Below are positions 17,272 to 26,799 of a stretch of 46,563 bases of DNA, in pieces. Position 1 is the stretch's first letter, and each line of letters begins with the position of its first letter. A model generated the notes under the pieces. It made no database searches. It saw only the letters and a list, made by a program, of their open reading frames with translations, and was not told the origin of the DNA. Source of the stretch: Candidatus Kaiserbacteria bacterium. GTDB lineage: Bacteria; Patescibacteriota; Minisyncoccia; Phycocordibacterales; Phycocordibacteraceae. The stretch lies in contig JARIGM010000014.1 of NCBI GenBank assembly GCA_029288865.1, positions 1 through 46,563 of the forward strand. Direction: 5' to 3'. The translations under genes and the position numbers were made by a program.

Positions 17272-18288
17272 TTAGACGGTCGGGAATATTACAGTAAAGG
17301 AAGTGCCCGATTTCGCTGTTGAGGAAACTCTGATACTCGCCTTATGGAGATCAGCTGATTGTCGTGCAATGCTGAGACCAAGCCCAAAGCCGGAACCTTT
17401 TGCCGTTCTTCCACGAAAGAATGGTTCGAAGAGGTAGCCAAGATCTGAACGAGGAATAGCCGTTCCGGTATTCCCTACTTCAAATTTTACGCGCCCGTGA
17501 GCATCAGGGCCCACGACAACTGTCAGCGTGCCGCCCGCAGGCATATGCTGGATCGCATTCTTGAGGAGATTTGAAATGAGTGCCTCGAGAGCGATTCGAT
17601 TGCCCCGAATCGTGCTTTTGGGATCCAATGATTTACGTAGTACGATCGACTGAGAAGTGATATCGTTTTCAAACATCGTAAGTAACCGCTCGACATGATC
17701 AGAAAGTACAAGTGGCGGTGAATCAGGGATCTGATTCTGCGTTCTTAGCAATGAAGAAGAAAGGAGGAATTGAACCGTCTCTGCAAGGCGGTTCGTCTCC
17801 TCAAGGTTGCTACGGATGATACCCACGGCTTTCTCGTGCGTGAGCGTATCAGGATTTCGTAGCGCGACCTCGGCCATATTCTTCATGACGGCAAGCGGCG
17901 TACGCAGTTCGTGTGACGCCACAGCAATGAAATGCTTCTGCAGTTCTGCCGCCTTACGAGCGGGGCGCATTGCGAACTCACCAAGGAAATACGTTGAGAT
18001 CACGAGCAACATGATGAGTATCATGCGGCGAGTGAACTGCTGCTGCTGATAGTGCTGATATGCGGCCTCAGCTGCTGATCCGCTCGGCACTTGGAACATC
18101 TGATACACGGGCTGGAATGCGAGCGAACTGACAAACCACCCGAGTAGCACGAATATGACGATACAGATCAAGAAATACAACGCCATGAGTTGCAGGCGCG
18201 TCGTGCGGAACGGATCACTGAAGAATTTACTCTTCAATGCGATACCCCAATCCACGAATGGTTTGAATAGATTTTCCAGCATGGTCAT
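17272..18288 (-). CDS. Membrane sensor histidine kinase (HisKA plus HATPase)
   Basis: Two TMs; H-box ASHELRTPLA; NLLKNAIQH; NTGTAIP, FEPFFRG and GFGLGLSIA. Start uncertain because of overlap with the regulator. Confidence 0.9.
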   Translation of the reverse strand: MTMLENLFKPFVDWGIALKSKFFSDPFRTTRLQLMALYFLICIVIFVLLGWFVSSLAFQPVYQMFQVPSGSAAEAAYQHYQQQQFTRRMILIMLLVISTYFLGEFAMRPARKAAELQKHFIAVASHELRTPLAVMKNMAEVALRNPDTLTHEKAVGIIRSNLEETNRLAETVQFLLSSSLLRTQNQIPDSPPLVLSDHVERLLTMFENDITSQSIVLRKSLDPKSTIRGNRIALEALISNLLKNAIQHMPAGGTLTVVVGPDAHGRVKFEVGNTGTAIPRSDLGYLFEPFFRGRTAKGSGFGLGLSIARQSADLHKASIRVSSTAKSGTSFTVIFPTV

Positions 18289-18904
18289 CGCTTATCTTCT
18301 TACGAAGGTTACTGATATGGACGTCAACGATATTACTGAGGGCAGAATCTTCCGTACCCCACAGATGCATACTGATCTCATCGCGCGTTACCGGACGATC
18401 TGCATGCTCGACAAGGAGCACTAGCAAGCTGAATTCAGTCGGGGTGAGCGCGAGCACTGTCCCGTTCCGGCTCGCTTCCTGGGTGCGGAGATTCAAGCTG
18501 AGCGAGCCCAGTGACATCGTAGCTTTTGCGGATTCGTTTTGAGTACGACGGACGACGGCACGGATGCGAGCCGTAAGCTCCTGGAATTCAAATGGTTTAG
18601 TAAGGAAATCATCGGCACCACTATCAAGCACGCGAATCTTGTCTTCAAGCGTGTCGCGTGCGGTGAGCACAATGATCGGAACAGAGACATGCTGAGCACG
18701 CAATGACTCGCATACTTCGAAACCGTCTTTTTGTGGCAGCATCAGGTCGAGAATGACCACGCTATAAGAAGTAGGATTCTGAGAGATAGCCTCTTCAGCG
18801 GACTTGCCATCATAGAATACATCGACCGTATATCCCTCCCCTTCCAATCCCTCTTTTAAGGTGGTGGCGAGTTTCTTCTCGTCTTCTACAACTGCGATCT
18901 TCAT
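18227..18904 (-). CDS. OmpR/PhoB-family response regulator
   Basis: VVEDE, ILDLMLP (phospho-Asp), LTARD, GADDFLTKPF, VDVHISNLRKKI and IQTIRGLGY. Confidence 0.93.
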   Translation of the reverse strand: MKIAVVEDEKKLATTLKEGLEGEGYTVDVFYDGKSAEEAISQNPTSYSVVILDLMLPQKDGFEVCESLRAQHVSVPIIVLTARDTLEDKIRVLDSGADDFLTKPFEFQELTARIRAVVRRTQNESAKATMSLGSLSLNLRTQEASRNGTVLALTPTEFSLLVLLVEHADRPVTRDEISMHLWGTEDSALSNIVDVHISNLRKKISDDHAGKSIQTIRGLGYRIEE

Positions 18905-18931
18905 AGCTCAAGCATAGCAGTTTTGAGAATA

Positions 18932-18973
18932 AAGCAAAACGACCCATTCTTCTAGGAATGGGTCGTTTTGCTT
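18932..18973. terminator. 18-bp stem-loop, probable terminator
   Basis: AAGCAAAACGACCCATTC-TTCTAG-GAATGGGTCGTTTTGCTT downstream of the stop at 18992. Confidence 0.75.
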
Positions 18974-18991
18974 CCTCTGCGGACACGTCTA

Positions 18992-19732
18992 TTAGATGCT
19001 TGCGTTTGCGCTTGAGGTCGTTGAGGCAGAAGCCGAACCTGAAAGTACCGAGTGAATCGCGTGGATCAAACGGACACGCGTCTGCGCTCCAAGCTCGCCG
19101 AGTGAATGTGCCATCATCTGCGCGTGAGCATTGGCGTTCACATTCGCATTCGTAGTGGTGGTCGCAGACTGGTCAAATGCAGTTTGGATCTTTGACTGCA
19201 ATTCAGTCTTGAGTGCGGTGGTATCGGCCGTGGTTGCGAGGAAGCTATACCATGGGTATGACACCGTCACTTGCCCATTCCCATCAACATGCACCTTAGT
19301 GCGAATGTGTCCTGGAATAAAACCAAAATATTTTGTTGGCTGGATGTACGTAAGATCCATACCATCAGTAGTTGCAGTCGAAACGCTGAAATTCGGATCA
19401 GAGGTGTCTGCCGCACTCATCGCATCCGCACTCATAGAGGTGTCATCTCCGGCGTTCATATGAGCATCTGTTGATGCATTTGCACCCTGATCACCCTGCA
19501 TGCCGCCATTTACATTAGTATCAGTATTCGTATTCACGTTTGCGTTAGTCCCAGCGTTTGCGGAAGTGCCCGCCTGAACGCCAGTCGACGCAGTGCCTGT
19601 TATTGCAGTATCAACAGCTGAGTTAGCAGAACCAGTAACAGTCGCTGCGGTATTAAGAGATGCTGCGTGTGCAGCGCTCGCGCTAAGAAGCGAAATACCT
19701 GCAGCAAACGCTGCAATCATTTTCTTTTTCAT
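18992..19732 (-). CDS. Secreted hypothetical protein with low-complexity Ala/Asn/Thr repeats
   Basis: Signal peptide MKKKMIAAF...AHA; NANVNTN-type repeats; compact domain KYFGFIP...VDGNG.V.VSYPWYSFL. Confidence 0.65.
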   Translation of the reverse strand: MKKKMIAAFAAGISLLSASAAHAASLNTAATVTGSANSAVDTAITGTASTGVQAGTSANAGTNANVNTNTDTNVNGGMQGDQGANASTDAHMNAGDDTSMSADAMSAADTSDPNFSVSTATTDGMDLTYIQPTKYFGFIPGHIRTKVHVDGNGQVTVSYPWYSFLATTADTTALKTELQSKIQTAFDQSATTTTNANVNANAHAQMMAHSLGELGAQTRVRLIHAIHSVLSGSASASTTSSANASI

Positions 19733-19801
19733 ATGGTATCAGTTTAATTACTTGCTCCTTATCGGAGTACAGCTCTACTATACGAAGTCAGGATGAACGC
19801 A

Positions 19802-20203
19802 TCATGAAGGGTGATGTCCGACGACCTTAAAATTGAGATGGAGGTTGAATAGATAGTTGCCTATGCCGACAATTCCCGCGACCAAGATTCGTGCGAGGAG
19901 ATAATACAAGCCGAACAGTGATACCAGCCCAGTGACTAATGTAGTGGTGACGGCCGCCCCTATCAGCGCGACCAAGGCGAAATACGCGTAACCATGATGC
20001 CATTGGCGACCAGAACCTTTGAACACCCACTTCCTGCTGAGCGTATAGTTACAGCTCACCGCGATCAGGAATGCAATGAAGGTTGCGATATAGTACGGTA
20101 CCTGCAAGAAATGTACGGCAACATACAACATGCCGAGATCAAAAAGAAGCGTTGTAGCACCCACGGCTGCGTATCTGAGAAAGCGTTGGAATCCTTTTGT
20201 CAT
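19802..20203 (-). CDS. GtrA-family membrane protein (lipid-linked sugar translocase-like)
   Basis: QRFLRYAAVG.TTLLFDL, NYTLSRKWVF and NYLFN...F pattern; 4 TMs. Confidence 0.85.
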   Translation of the reverse strand: MTKGFQRFLRYAAVGATTLLFDLGMLYVAVHFLQVPYYIATFIAFLIAVSCNYTLSRKWVFKGSGRQWHHGYAYFALVALIGAAVTTTLVTGLVSLFGLYYLLARILVAGIVGIGNYLFNLHLNFKVVGHHPS

Positions 20204-20210
20204 AGCGCGT

Positions 20211-21071
20211 CTACTGGCTCGATAAACTCTTGTTGCGGAACGGGTTCAAGTTTTGGAACGTGAGCGCGCACCGAGCAGTGAGTTCGGCCTTGTCTGCATC
20301 GCTCAGAGCGAACGTTGTGCCGATATTCTCCGGATACATGATCGATTCCTCTCCGCTGTCATGCTCGAGTCCGAGCGAATGCCCGAACTCGTGTGCCATG
20401 AGCCGTTCGAGTTGAAGCTTCGTTTTGAACTCGTAGAGATCAATGCGGGATGAGCCGTGCTCTTCCACGAACTCCCCTTCTTCAAAGTCCGTACCCGCAT
20501 TTGCATTGAATGCTTTCGCGTTCGCGTTGACCGCATCGATCTTCGAATTGACGACATTGATCTCTTGTTGAATCTGCGAAGCCAGATCGTTCAACGACCG
20601 TGCCTCAGCGTTGAGGGTTTCCGGATCCGTGCCTGCGGCGCGGTCTTGCTCATATTTTTGTTGCTGAGCCTTGTACTGCGATTCCATGGACGCGACGCGT
20701 TGCTTCGCTGTTCCGAGCGCCGCTTCTTGTTGCGCAATAGATTCCCCCATATTCGCTTGCTGCTGACGCGTATCGTAAATCAGGTTGAGCGGCATGGTGC
20801 CTGTCGCGCTATACGCGAGCATGATATGCCCCGCTTGCTCATTCCATAGATCCGCTGCCTTCTGCGCGTCCGTCAGAAAGTCTGCCTTGCTGATACCGAA
20901 CTTCGGATCAAAAGTGCCGAGCTTGTAATAGATTGGCTGCGCGCATGGTCGCGTTGAGTAGAGATAATATCCGTAGCCTGCGATAAGTACCACGAGAAAA
21001 ATCCACATGCCGGCATCATAGACACGTGATGCGAGCGAAATAGGTTTTTTAATCGGCGCAGTACTTTCCAT
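20211..21071 (-). CDS. Membrane-anchored matrixin-like (metzincin) zinc metalloprotease with a coiled-coil insert
   Basis: HEFGHSLGLEH zinc motif and Met-turn ESIMYP; N-terminal TM; TACAAT 6 nt before the ATG. Confidence 0.85.
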   Translation of the reverse strand: MESTAPIKKPISLASRVYDAGMWIFLVVLIAGYGYYLYSTRPCAQPIYYKLGTFDPKFGISKADFLTDAQKAADLWNEQAGHIMLAYSATGTMPLNLIYDTRQQQANMGESIAQQEAALGTAKQRVASMESQYKAQQQKYEQDRAAGTDPETLNAEARSLNDLASQIQQEINVVNSKIDAVNANAKAFNANAGTDFEEGEFVEEHGSSRIDLYEFKTKLQLERLMAHEFGHSLGLEHDSGEESIMYPENIGTTFALSDADKAELTARCALTFQNLNPFRNKSLSSQ

Positions 21072-21152
21072 ATGAATATTGTACCAGCACCCACAGCGGT
21101 TCATCTAAACTACATATTCCGCTCGTTAGTATCATCGCTTATAATTGCTGAC

Positions 21153-22184
21153 ATGCCACCGACCACTCCACTTCTCCCTCTCAAGAAAATCGGCCCGCTC
21201 TTTGAATCGACCCGGTACCACGACGTAAAAGACCCCTGCATCTGCTTCGACGGCACGACCTGGCACATCTATGGTTCTGGCGGTTCCGTAAAGACCGAAC
21301 AGTGGAGTATTCTGCACGCAACAGCACCGAGTATTGAGGGTCCGTGGACTGAGCATGATTCGGCCGTACTTCGTGGCGTTGAAGGACCGCATGTCGCCGC
21401 ACCCAGTGTCGTATACGATCCCGAGGATAAACTCTTTCACATGGCCGTGCAGAAGGATTTCATGGCCGTCGGTGAAGGGATCGAGTATCTCGTGTCTGCA
21501 GACGGACATATCTTTACCAAGATGCGCACACTTATCGAACCTCGCGGTTCCGGTGAAGCAGGACTCTATGACCCGCACTTCGCGCAACTAAACGGTCGCA
21601 AATACCTCGTATATGCTGGCATCCCTGCCATTATCACGTATGATCGCCCGTTCAAACCGCAGCCTGACATATATCTCGCGAGAAGCGTTACCGATCGCTG
21701 GTCTGGCTTCTGGAAACGCATCGCGAAGATTCTTACGCATGAAGAAATCGCATGGCATCATAATCGCCGCGAACATCCGGACTATGAATGGGGCATCGAG
21801 GGACCGCAAGTGCTCGAGCTGCCGAACGGCAAGATACTCTTGAATGCGACATGCTTCATCGAGGAAGGTCGCTTCGGCACGCGCCAGCGCGTGTTCTTTG
21901 CCGTTGCCGATTCCCTCACCGGTCCGTACAACAGCATCGGCCCTGTGCTCAGCGGTCGTGAACATGCCTGGGAATCAGGCGAGAACGGTCATGCTAGCGC
22001 CATCATCTGCGATGGCCGTGTCCATCTCTTCTATCAAGCGCGATCACAAGAAAATCCTGACCCGACCGATAATCCATGGCGATATGGCCTTGCAATCTTT
22101 TCTGTCGAAGACATCATGCGGAGCCTGCATCGCGAGGAGCGCGCGACTGAAGCCGCAAATGAGGACTCGGAAACAATTTCTTAA
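21153..22184 (+). CDS. Five-bladed beta-propeller glycoside hydrolase-like protein (GH43/GH32-like)
   Basis: Repeated blade motifs KDPCI, APSVVYD, YDPHF, EGPQV and GHASAI; no signal peptide. Confidence 0.65.
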   Translation: MPPTTPLLPLKKIGPLFESTRYHDVKDPCICFDGTTWHIYGSGGSVKTEQWSILHATAPSIEGPWTEHDSAVLRGVEGPHVAAPSVVYDPEDKLFHMAVQKDFMAVGEGIEYLVSADGHIFTKMRTLIEPRGSGEAGLYDPHFAQLNGRKYLVYAGIPAIITYDRPFKPQPDIYLARSVTDRWSGFWKRIAKILTHEEIAWHHNRREHPDYEWGIEGPQVLELPNGKILLNATCFIEEGRFGTRQRVFFAVADSLTGPYNSIGPVLSGREHAWESGENGHASAIICDGRVHLFYQARSQENPDPTDNPWRYGLAIFSVEDIMRSLHREERATEAANEDSETIS

Positions 22185-22198
22185 AAGTTGAATATTTA

Positions 22199-22933
22199 CT
22201 AGAACTCACCGAACGGATAGAACACTGATTCGGCTCGTACCGTGCCGGTGAGGAGCAACCGTCCGAGTTCGTTCATGCCTGAGAATATCCAACCGTATCC
22301 ATACTTGATGACGCGACGTGCTGATACGAGCACGACCGTATCGAGCATCGCGGGACGACCGAGACGGCAGGCGCGGAGACAGTAGTCAACGTCTTCACCG
22401 AGTTTTATATTCGTGTCGAATCCGCCGACCGCATCGAATATTTCTTTAGTAGTGAGCAAGCATGAGCCCGCGAAGTATGGTCGCTTGAGCAGCAGTAAAG
22501 TTCGTTGGGTCGCTGCCTGTACCATGTACGCGAGTCGGAGTCGTGTACCCTTTTCTATCGGACGCAATACTGGTGCCGCCACCACGCACGATTGCTCTAC
22601 GAATGCCTCTATGAGACGTTCGTATGATGCGACCGACGGCATCACGATGTCTGCATCGCAGAACATAAGAATTGTGTGCGTTGCACGAGCTGCGCCCATA
22701 TTCCGTTGTAGCGAGATGCCCCGGGTCTCGCTTTGAATGAGGATTAACGAGATATTCGGCGGGAAAAGCGATTGATACTTTTCCACCACCGCGACCGTCC
22801 TGTCTTCTGACGCACCATCCACCACGATCACCTCAAGCGAATGCGGGATTTGCCGAAGCGACTCTAACAAGCACGGCAGGTACCGTTCTTCGTTCAGCGT
22901 CGGGATTACGACGCTCACGCCGGGCGTTTGCAT
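22199..22933 (-). CDS. GT2 family glycosyltransferase
   Basis: VSVVIPTLNEE, IVVDGASEDRT, QRNMGA, FCDAD (DxD), GGFD...GEDVD and VSARR. Confidence 0.92.
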   Translation of the reverse strand: MQTPGVSVVIPTLNEERYLPCLLESLRQIPHSLEVIVVDGASEDRTVAVVEKYQSLFPPNISLILIQSETRGISLQRNMGAARATHTILMFCDADIVMPSVASYERLIEAFVEQSCVVAAPVLRPIEKGTRLRLAYMVQAATQRTLLLLKRPYFAGSCLLTTKEIFDAVGGFDTNIKLGEDVDYCLRACRLGRPAMLDTVVLVSARRVIKYGYGWIFSGMNELGRLLLTGTVRAESVFYPFGEF

Positions 22934-22986
22934 GGCTCTACTATAGCAAAGAGAATCATGTTGGGTTTCCTTTTTCTCAAAATTAA

Positions 22987-23014
22987 AAGCCTCCAGCAAT
23001 TTTGCTGGAGGCTT
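22987..23014. terminator. 13-bp inverted repeat, probable terminator
   Basis: AAGCCTCCAGCAA-TT-TTGCTGGAGGCTT downstream of the stop at 23033. Confidence 0.7.
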
Positions 23015-23032
23015 ATCTTGTTTATTGGAAAT

Positions 23033-23380
23033 TTAATCCGATCCAAAACGAACAATCGTTACCGGCGAGCTCACGTCATAGCGGACATTTGATCCGCCGA
23101 AACGACTTTCGAGCAAGTCGCGATGCTTCTGGAAAAAGGCGTTGTGTTCCCCTTTCGAATCTGTCCGACCCGGCAGTATGTATAGAAAATCGATGGCGAC
23201 TTTCCGTTCTTCTTTCCGCACATCGGATCTGGAGCAGCCTCGTACGCTGAGATATAGAAATCGATCGCCAGTGCGCGAACCATTCCACTCTTGAACCACC
23301 GACAGAACCTCTTCAACGGACCTGCCGACGACTTTGAAACAGCCACCGGTATAATTTTTGATCTCTTGGCTGACAGCCAT
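23033..23380 (-). CDS. Hypothetical cytoplasmic protein (115 aa)
   Basis: ATG preceded by an AGGAG Shine-Dalgarno-like motif; followed by a hairpin; no recognisable domain. Confidence 0.6.
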   Translation of the reverse strand: MAVSQEIKNYTGGCFKVVGRSVEEVLSVVQEWNGSRTGDRFLYLSVRGCSRSDVRKEERKVAIDFLYILPGRTDSKGEHNAFFQKHRDLLESRFGGSNVRYDVSSPVTIVRFGSD

Positions 23381-23507
23381 GATGGATCTCCTAAAAAGGA
23401 CTTCAAAGTACAACGAGGACCGCTGTACTTATTTACAATAATATTAAATTATAATTAGTCAACTTTAAACTTTAGAACCCCACGCTTGTATTTTATTAAT
23501 ACGTTTG

Positions 23508-23578
23508 CTGCCAGACTTGGAATCGAACCAAGATTCACGGCTTCAAAGGCCGCTGTCCTACCTTTAGACGATCTGGCA
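23508..23578 (-). tRNA. tRNA-Gln(TTG), CCA not encoded
   Basis: Cloverleaf: acceptor TGCCAGA/TCTGGCA; anticodon arm GCGGC-CTTTGAA-GCCGT; T arm CTTGG-TTCGATT-CCAAG. Confidence 0.93.
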
Positions 23579-23587
23579 ATAAGTAAC

Positions 23588-24625
23588 CTATTTATCTTGC
23601 CCGAGAAGCTCGAAGACGGCAAGTTCGAGCGGGAGCGTCGGGATAGGTGAAAAACGGATGCGATCTGCCGCGTCTAGAAGTACGCGGAGCGTGTCGTGCG
23701 AGAGCTTTGATTCTTTGGATTGTGCCATCGATTCAACTTCCCCATATACATCCGCGCCGAGTTCTTCGCTCAACTCTTTGCGAAGTTCTGGCGCGAATCG
23801 TACGAGCAAGATGGTACGTACGAGATCCAGCACGAGCGAAAGATATAGCGGGATATCTGCGCCTTGTGCCGCAGCATCGCGTACAGCGCCAAGCGCTTTA
23901 CTTCCGTCTCCGTTTGCGAGACCTATCACAAACGCTTGGACGAGTTCGTGCTGCGGCGCACCAGTAATCTGCTCCGCATCTTTCCGACTCATTTTCTTCC
24001 CACTTGCAGCGCTCAGCACTTTCTCAAGCACGGACAGAGAGTCGCGATATGAACCGTCTGCAAGCAGTGCAACGAGATCAGCCGCACCAGGCTCAAGCGT
24101 GAACCCTTCCTTCTGTGCAACCTCCGCAACCAGCTTCGCGAGCCCCGCCCGAGACGGTTTCTTAAACTCATACACTTGGCAGCGAGACTGCACAGTCTCC
24201 GGAACTTTGGAAAGCTCAGTGGTCGCGAGAATAAAGATGACATGCGCTGGAGGTTCCTCGAGCGTTTTCAGGAATGCATTCCATGCTCCCTTCGAGAGCA
24301 TGTGGGCTTCGTCCAGGATGTAGACCTTGTAGGGAGACTCGAACGGCAGCGTGTACACGTTCTCCGTGAGCGAACGAATATCGTCCACGCTGTTATTGGA
24401 CGCTGCATCTATCTCGTAAAGATCCTTGTCTGTGGTGCCAAGTTCATGCGCGAAGATACGCGCGATTGAAGTCTTGCCGAGACCACGCGACCCTGCAAAG
24501 AGATATGCGTGTGCGAGCTTCTTCGAAACGATCTGATCGGCAAGCGCTTTGGTAATCGCATCCTGCCCGACGACGTCAACAAAGGTGTGCGGTCGGTACG
24601 CGCGATAAAGAGACTGATGGGCCAT
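23588..24625 (-). CDS. dnaX: DNA polymerase III subunit gamma/tau (short form)
   Basis: LYRAYRPHTFVDVVGQ, AYLFAGSRGLGKTS, EIDAASN, YILDEAHML, FLKTLEEPP and SRCQ. Confidence 0.95.
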   Translation of the reverse strand: MAHQSLYRAYRPHTFVDVVGQDAITKALADQIVSKKLAHAYLFAGSRGLGKTSIARIFAHELGTTDKDLYEIDAASNNSVDDIRSLTENVYTLPFESPYKVYILDEAHMLSKGAWNAFLKTLEEPPAHVIFILATTELSKVPETVQSRCQVYEFKKPSRAGLAKLVAEVAQKEGFTLEPGAADLVALLADGSYRDSLSVLEKVLSAASGKKMSRKDAEQITGAPQHELVQAFVIGLANGDGSKALGAVRDAAAQGADIPLYLSLVLDLVRTILLVRFAPELRKELSEELGADVYGEVESMAQSKESKLSHDTLRVLLDAADRIRFSPIPTLPLELAVFELLGQDK

Positions 24626-24646
24626 ACACCCAGTATACAGGCGAAG

Positions 24647-25660
24647 CTATGCTCGAGGCAAAGCGCGATAATTCGCGATAGTTTCCTCGATCTGACCGGC
24701 GTCTTCACACTCCATGAGGATCGCGCGGAGATCTGCCGCACCATCAAAATTACTGACAAATGCCTTTATATGCTTCTTGAATATATGAAATGATTTCGCG
24801 GGACGAAGTGCTTGGAACGAGTGCGCGAGCGTAGCGAGCGCCTCAAGCTTCTCTTCGATCGGCACGTCAGCATTCGTGCGGCCTGTGAAGAGCCATGGAT
24901 TTCCGAAGATGCCGCGACCGAGCATCACGCCATCGCATCCGGATTCGTCGATCTTTTTTTGTGCGTCTGCAAGATCAGTCGCGTCGCCATTGCCGATGAT
25001 CTTTGTATTTGGTGCGATCTCATCGCGAAGCGCAACGATGCGTGGCATGAGCTCCCAATGTGCCACAACTTTCGACATTTCTTTGCGCGTACGCAAGTGC
25101 ACCGTGAGCGCTGGCAGATTCGTGCGGAGCAATACAGGAATCCATTCGTCGATCGATTCCTTGTTGTATCCGATGCGAGTCTTCACGGATATAGGAATGG
25201 GTACAGTGCCGGTCGCTGCAGCATGCTTCGCGACGCCACGCCGCGCAGCTTCTATTACTTCCACCGCTTTATCCGGTGTCTTGATCATCGCAGCACCACA
25301 CCCCTGCCGTTCGATTGATTTGTCAGGACAGCCCATATTTATATCCACCCCATCGAAACCAAGCTTCGCGACGAGCTCCGCTGCATACTCCATCATCTCT
25401 GGCTTGCTCGAAAAGAGCTGCGCCACGATCGGTCGCTCTGCTTCTGAATACTGCAAATCTCGCATGAGCGGATTCTCGTCGTCCGGAATCTTTTTCATTT
25501 CACGCGTGTGATACAACCCATCCGCAGACACGAATTCCGTCCAAGTCACGTCTGGCGTCTTGATGGACGCAATAAGCACGCGAAAGGCAGCGTCAGTCAC
25601 GTCCGCCATTGGCGCGAGTACGAAGAACGGTTTCTTAAGAGAAGCCCAGAAGTCCATCAT
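24647..25660 (-). CDS. dusB: tRNA-dihydrouridine synthase (Dus family)
   Basis: LAPMADVTD, TEFVS, DINMGCP, SVKTRIG, TVHLRT, IGNGD and GVMLGRG.FGNPW. Confidence 0.93.
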   Translation of the reverse strand: MMDFWASLKKPFFVLAPMADVTDAAFRVLIASIKTPDVTWTEFVSADGLYHTREMKKIPDDENPLMRDLQYSEAERPIVAQLFSSKPEMMEYAAELVAKLGFDGVDINMGCPDKSIERQGCGAAMIKTPDKAVEVIEAARRGVAKHAAATGTVPIPISVKTRIGYNKESIDEWIPVLLRTNLPALTVHLRTRKEMSKVVAHWELMPRIVALRDEIAPNTKIIGNGDATDLADAQKKIDESGCDGVMLGRGIFGNPWLFTGRTNADVPIEEKLEALATLAHSFQALRPAKSFHIFKKHIKAFVSNFDGAADLRAILMECEDAGQIEETIANYRALPRA

Positions 25661-25701
25661 TCGTATATAACACGAGTCCCTACTTGATGAAACCGTAAGG
25701 A

Positions 25702-26799
25702 TTACTGCGCGGCTGTTGTAGTGGCAGATGTCGTCTCGCCTTTTTTCTTGAAATACACTTTGTCGGTAAAGCGAAGATCGACATATTCGAGCGAGCCGTC
25801 ATTCAGATTCAGTGTCGGAAATGCAGACTGTGCGAGCTTGGTCGCTGAATCTTCATTGCCAAGCACATACGTGATCTTGGTTCCCCCTTGCGTGAAGAGG
25901 TCTGCTTCGTCAGAACGGAGTGCGAGCGAGACGACCTGAACGCCGAGCGATTTTATCGTCTTCACGAACTGCAGCGCAGCGGGTAACGATGAAGCATTCT
26001 GGAGACGGCCACCGAGTGGCGAACCGTTCACGAGTCGCACCTCGTCGTAGATACGGAATGAATTTGCGTCACCAGCCGCCGCTTGCGCGAACACGTATCC
26101 CTGACTATCGGCATCATAGCAGGATGGAAGAATGGTCGGCGTGCTCGATGCATTCAGGTCTACAATGGTCGTGCCAATGGTAGCGGAATCCGGAGCTTGT
26201 CCGCACCACAAAAATGCCGACTCGCGAGGGACGCCGGCAATCGAGATAGAATCGAAGCCTGAACGAGAGATTGAAACTGCAGCGATGTCTGGATGCTGTG
26301 CAAGGATATCGCGACGGATTGCGCTTTCTGGAAAAAAGAATATGGAATCACGCGGCACTATGAAATAGGTAGTGCCCTGCATGGATGCTGTTGCGATTGC
26401 TTCCATGTCTGATTGCTCCGAGCCTGATGCATGGACCGATTGGATGCGTACGGCCGGAAGCCACAACGCTCCGATCGTCGCAGCAATGACCAAGACTATG
26501 AAAATCCCCAGGGCCATACGCATGACGCGTCGTGCGCGTCGCCGTCGATCCTTGAGCGGTTCACGGTTGCGACCTTGCGGAATACGTTCCCGTCGAACGA
26601 CCGTGGTCTTGATCGGCTCAGGTTTTGGTTTCGGACGTGGTTTTCCAACCGGCCGTGGAGCTGGTTTTTGGAGCGCGGCACGACGAACCATCGGCTCGAC
26701 CGCACGACGTGGAGCGGCAGCCTGCGACTGCCGCTCCGGAGTAACCGGCGCAGCTGGCGGCGCTTTCCTCTTAGGCTGTATGTCCCAGGATTTTGCCAT
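25702..26799 (-). CDS. FtsQ/DivIB-like cell division protein
   Basis: Basic cytoplasmic N-terminus, one TM, POTRA-like segment (RIQSVHASG...ISRSGFDSISI) and C-terminal LEYVDLRFTDKVY. Confidence 0.65.
   Translation of the reverse strand: MAKSWDIQPKRKAPPAAPVTPERQSQAAAPRRAVEPMVRRAALQKPAPRPVGKPRPKPKPEPIKTTVVRRERIPQGRNREPLKDRRRRARRVMRMALGIFIVLVIAATIGALWLPAVRIQSVHASGSEQSDMEAIATASMQGTTYFIVPRDSIFFFPESAIRRDILAQHPDIAAVSISRSGFDSISIAGVPRESAFLWCGQAPDSATIGTTIVDLNASSTPTILPSCYDADSQGYVFAQAAAGDANSFRIYDEVRLVNGSPLGGRLQNASSLPAALQFVKTIKSLGVQVVSLALRSDEADLFTQGGTKITYVLGNEDSATKLAQSAFPTLNLNDGSLEYVDLRFTDKVYFKKKGETTSATTTAAQ

Noticed and set aside
23588-24625. Short dnaX as a pseudogene or programmed-frameshift product
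   Set aside because: The ORF ends cleanly after domain III and is followed immediately by the tRNA, leaving no room for a downstream tau-specific frame
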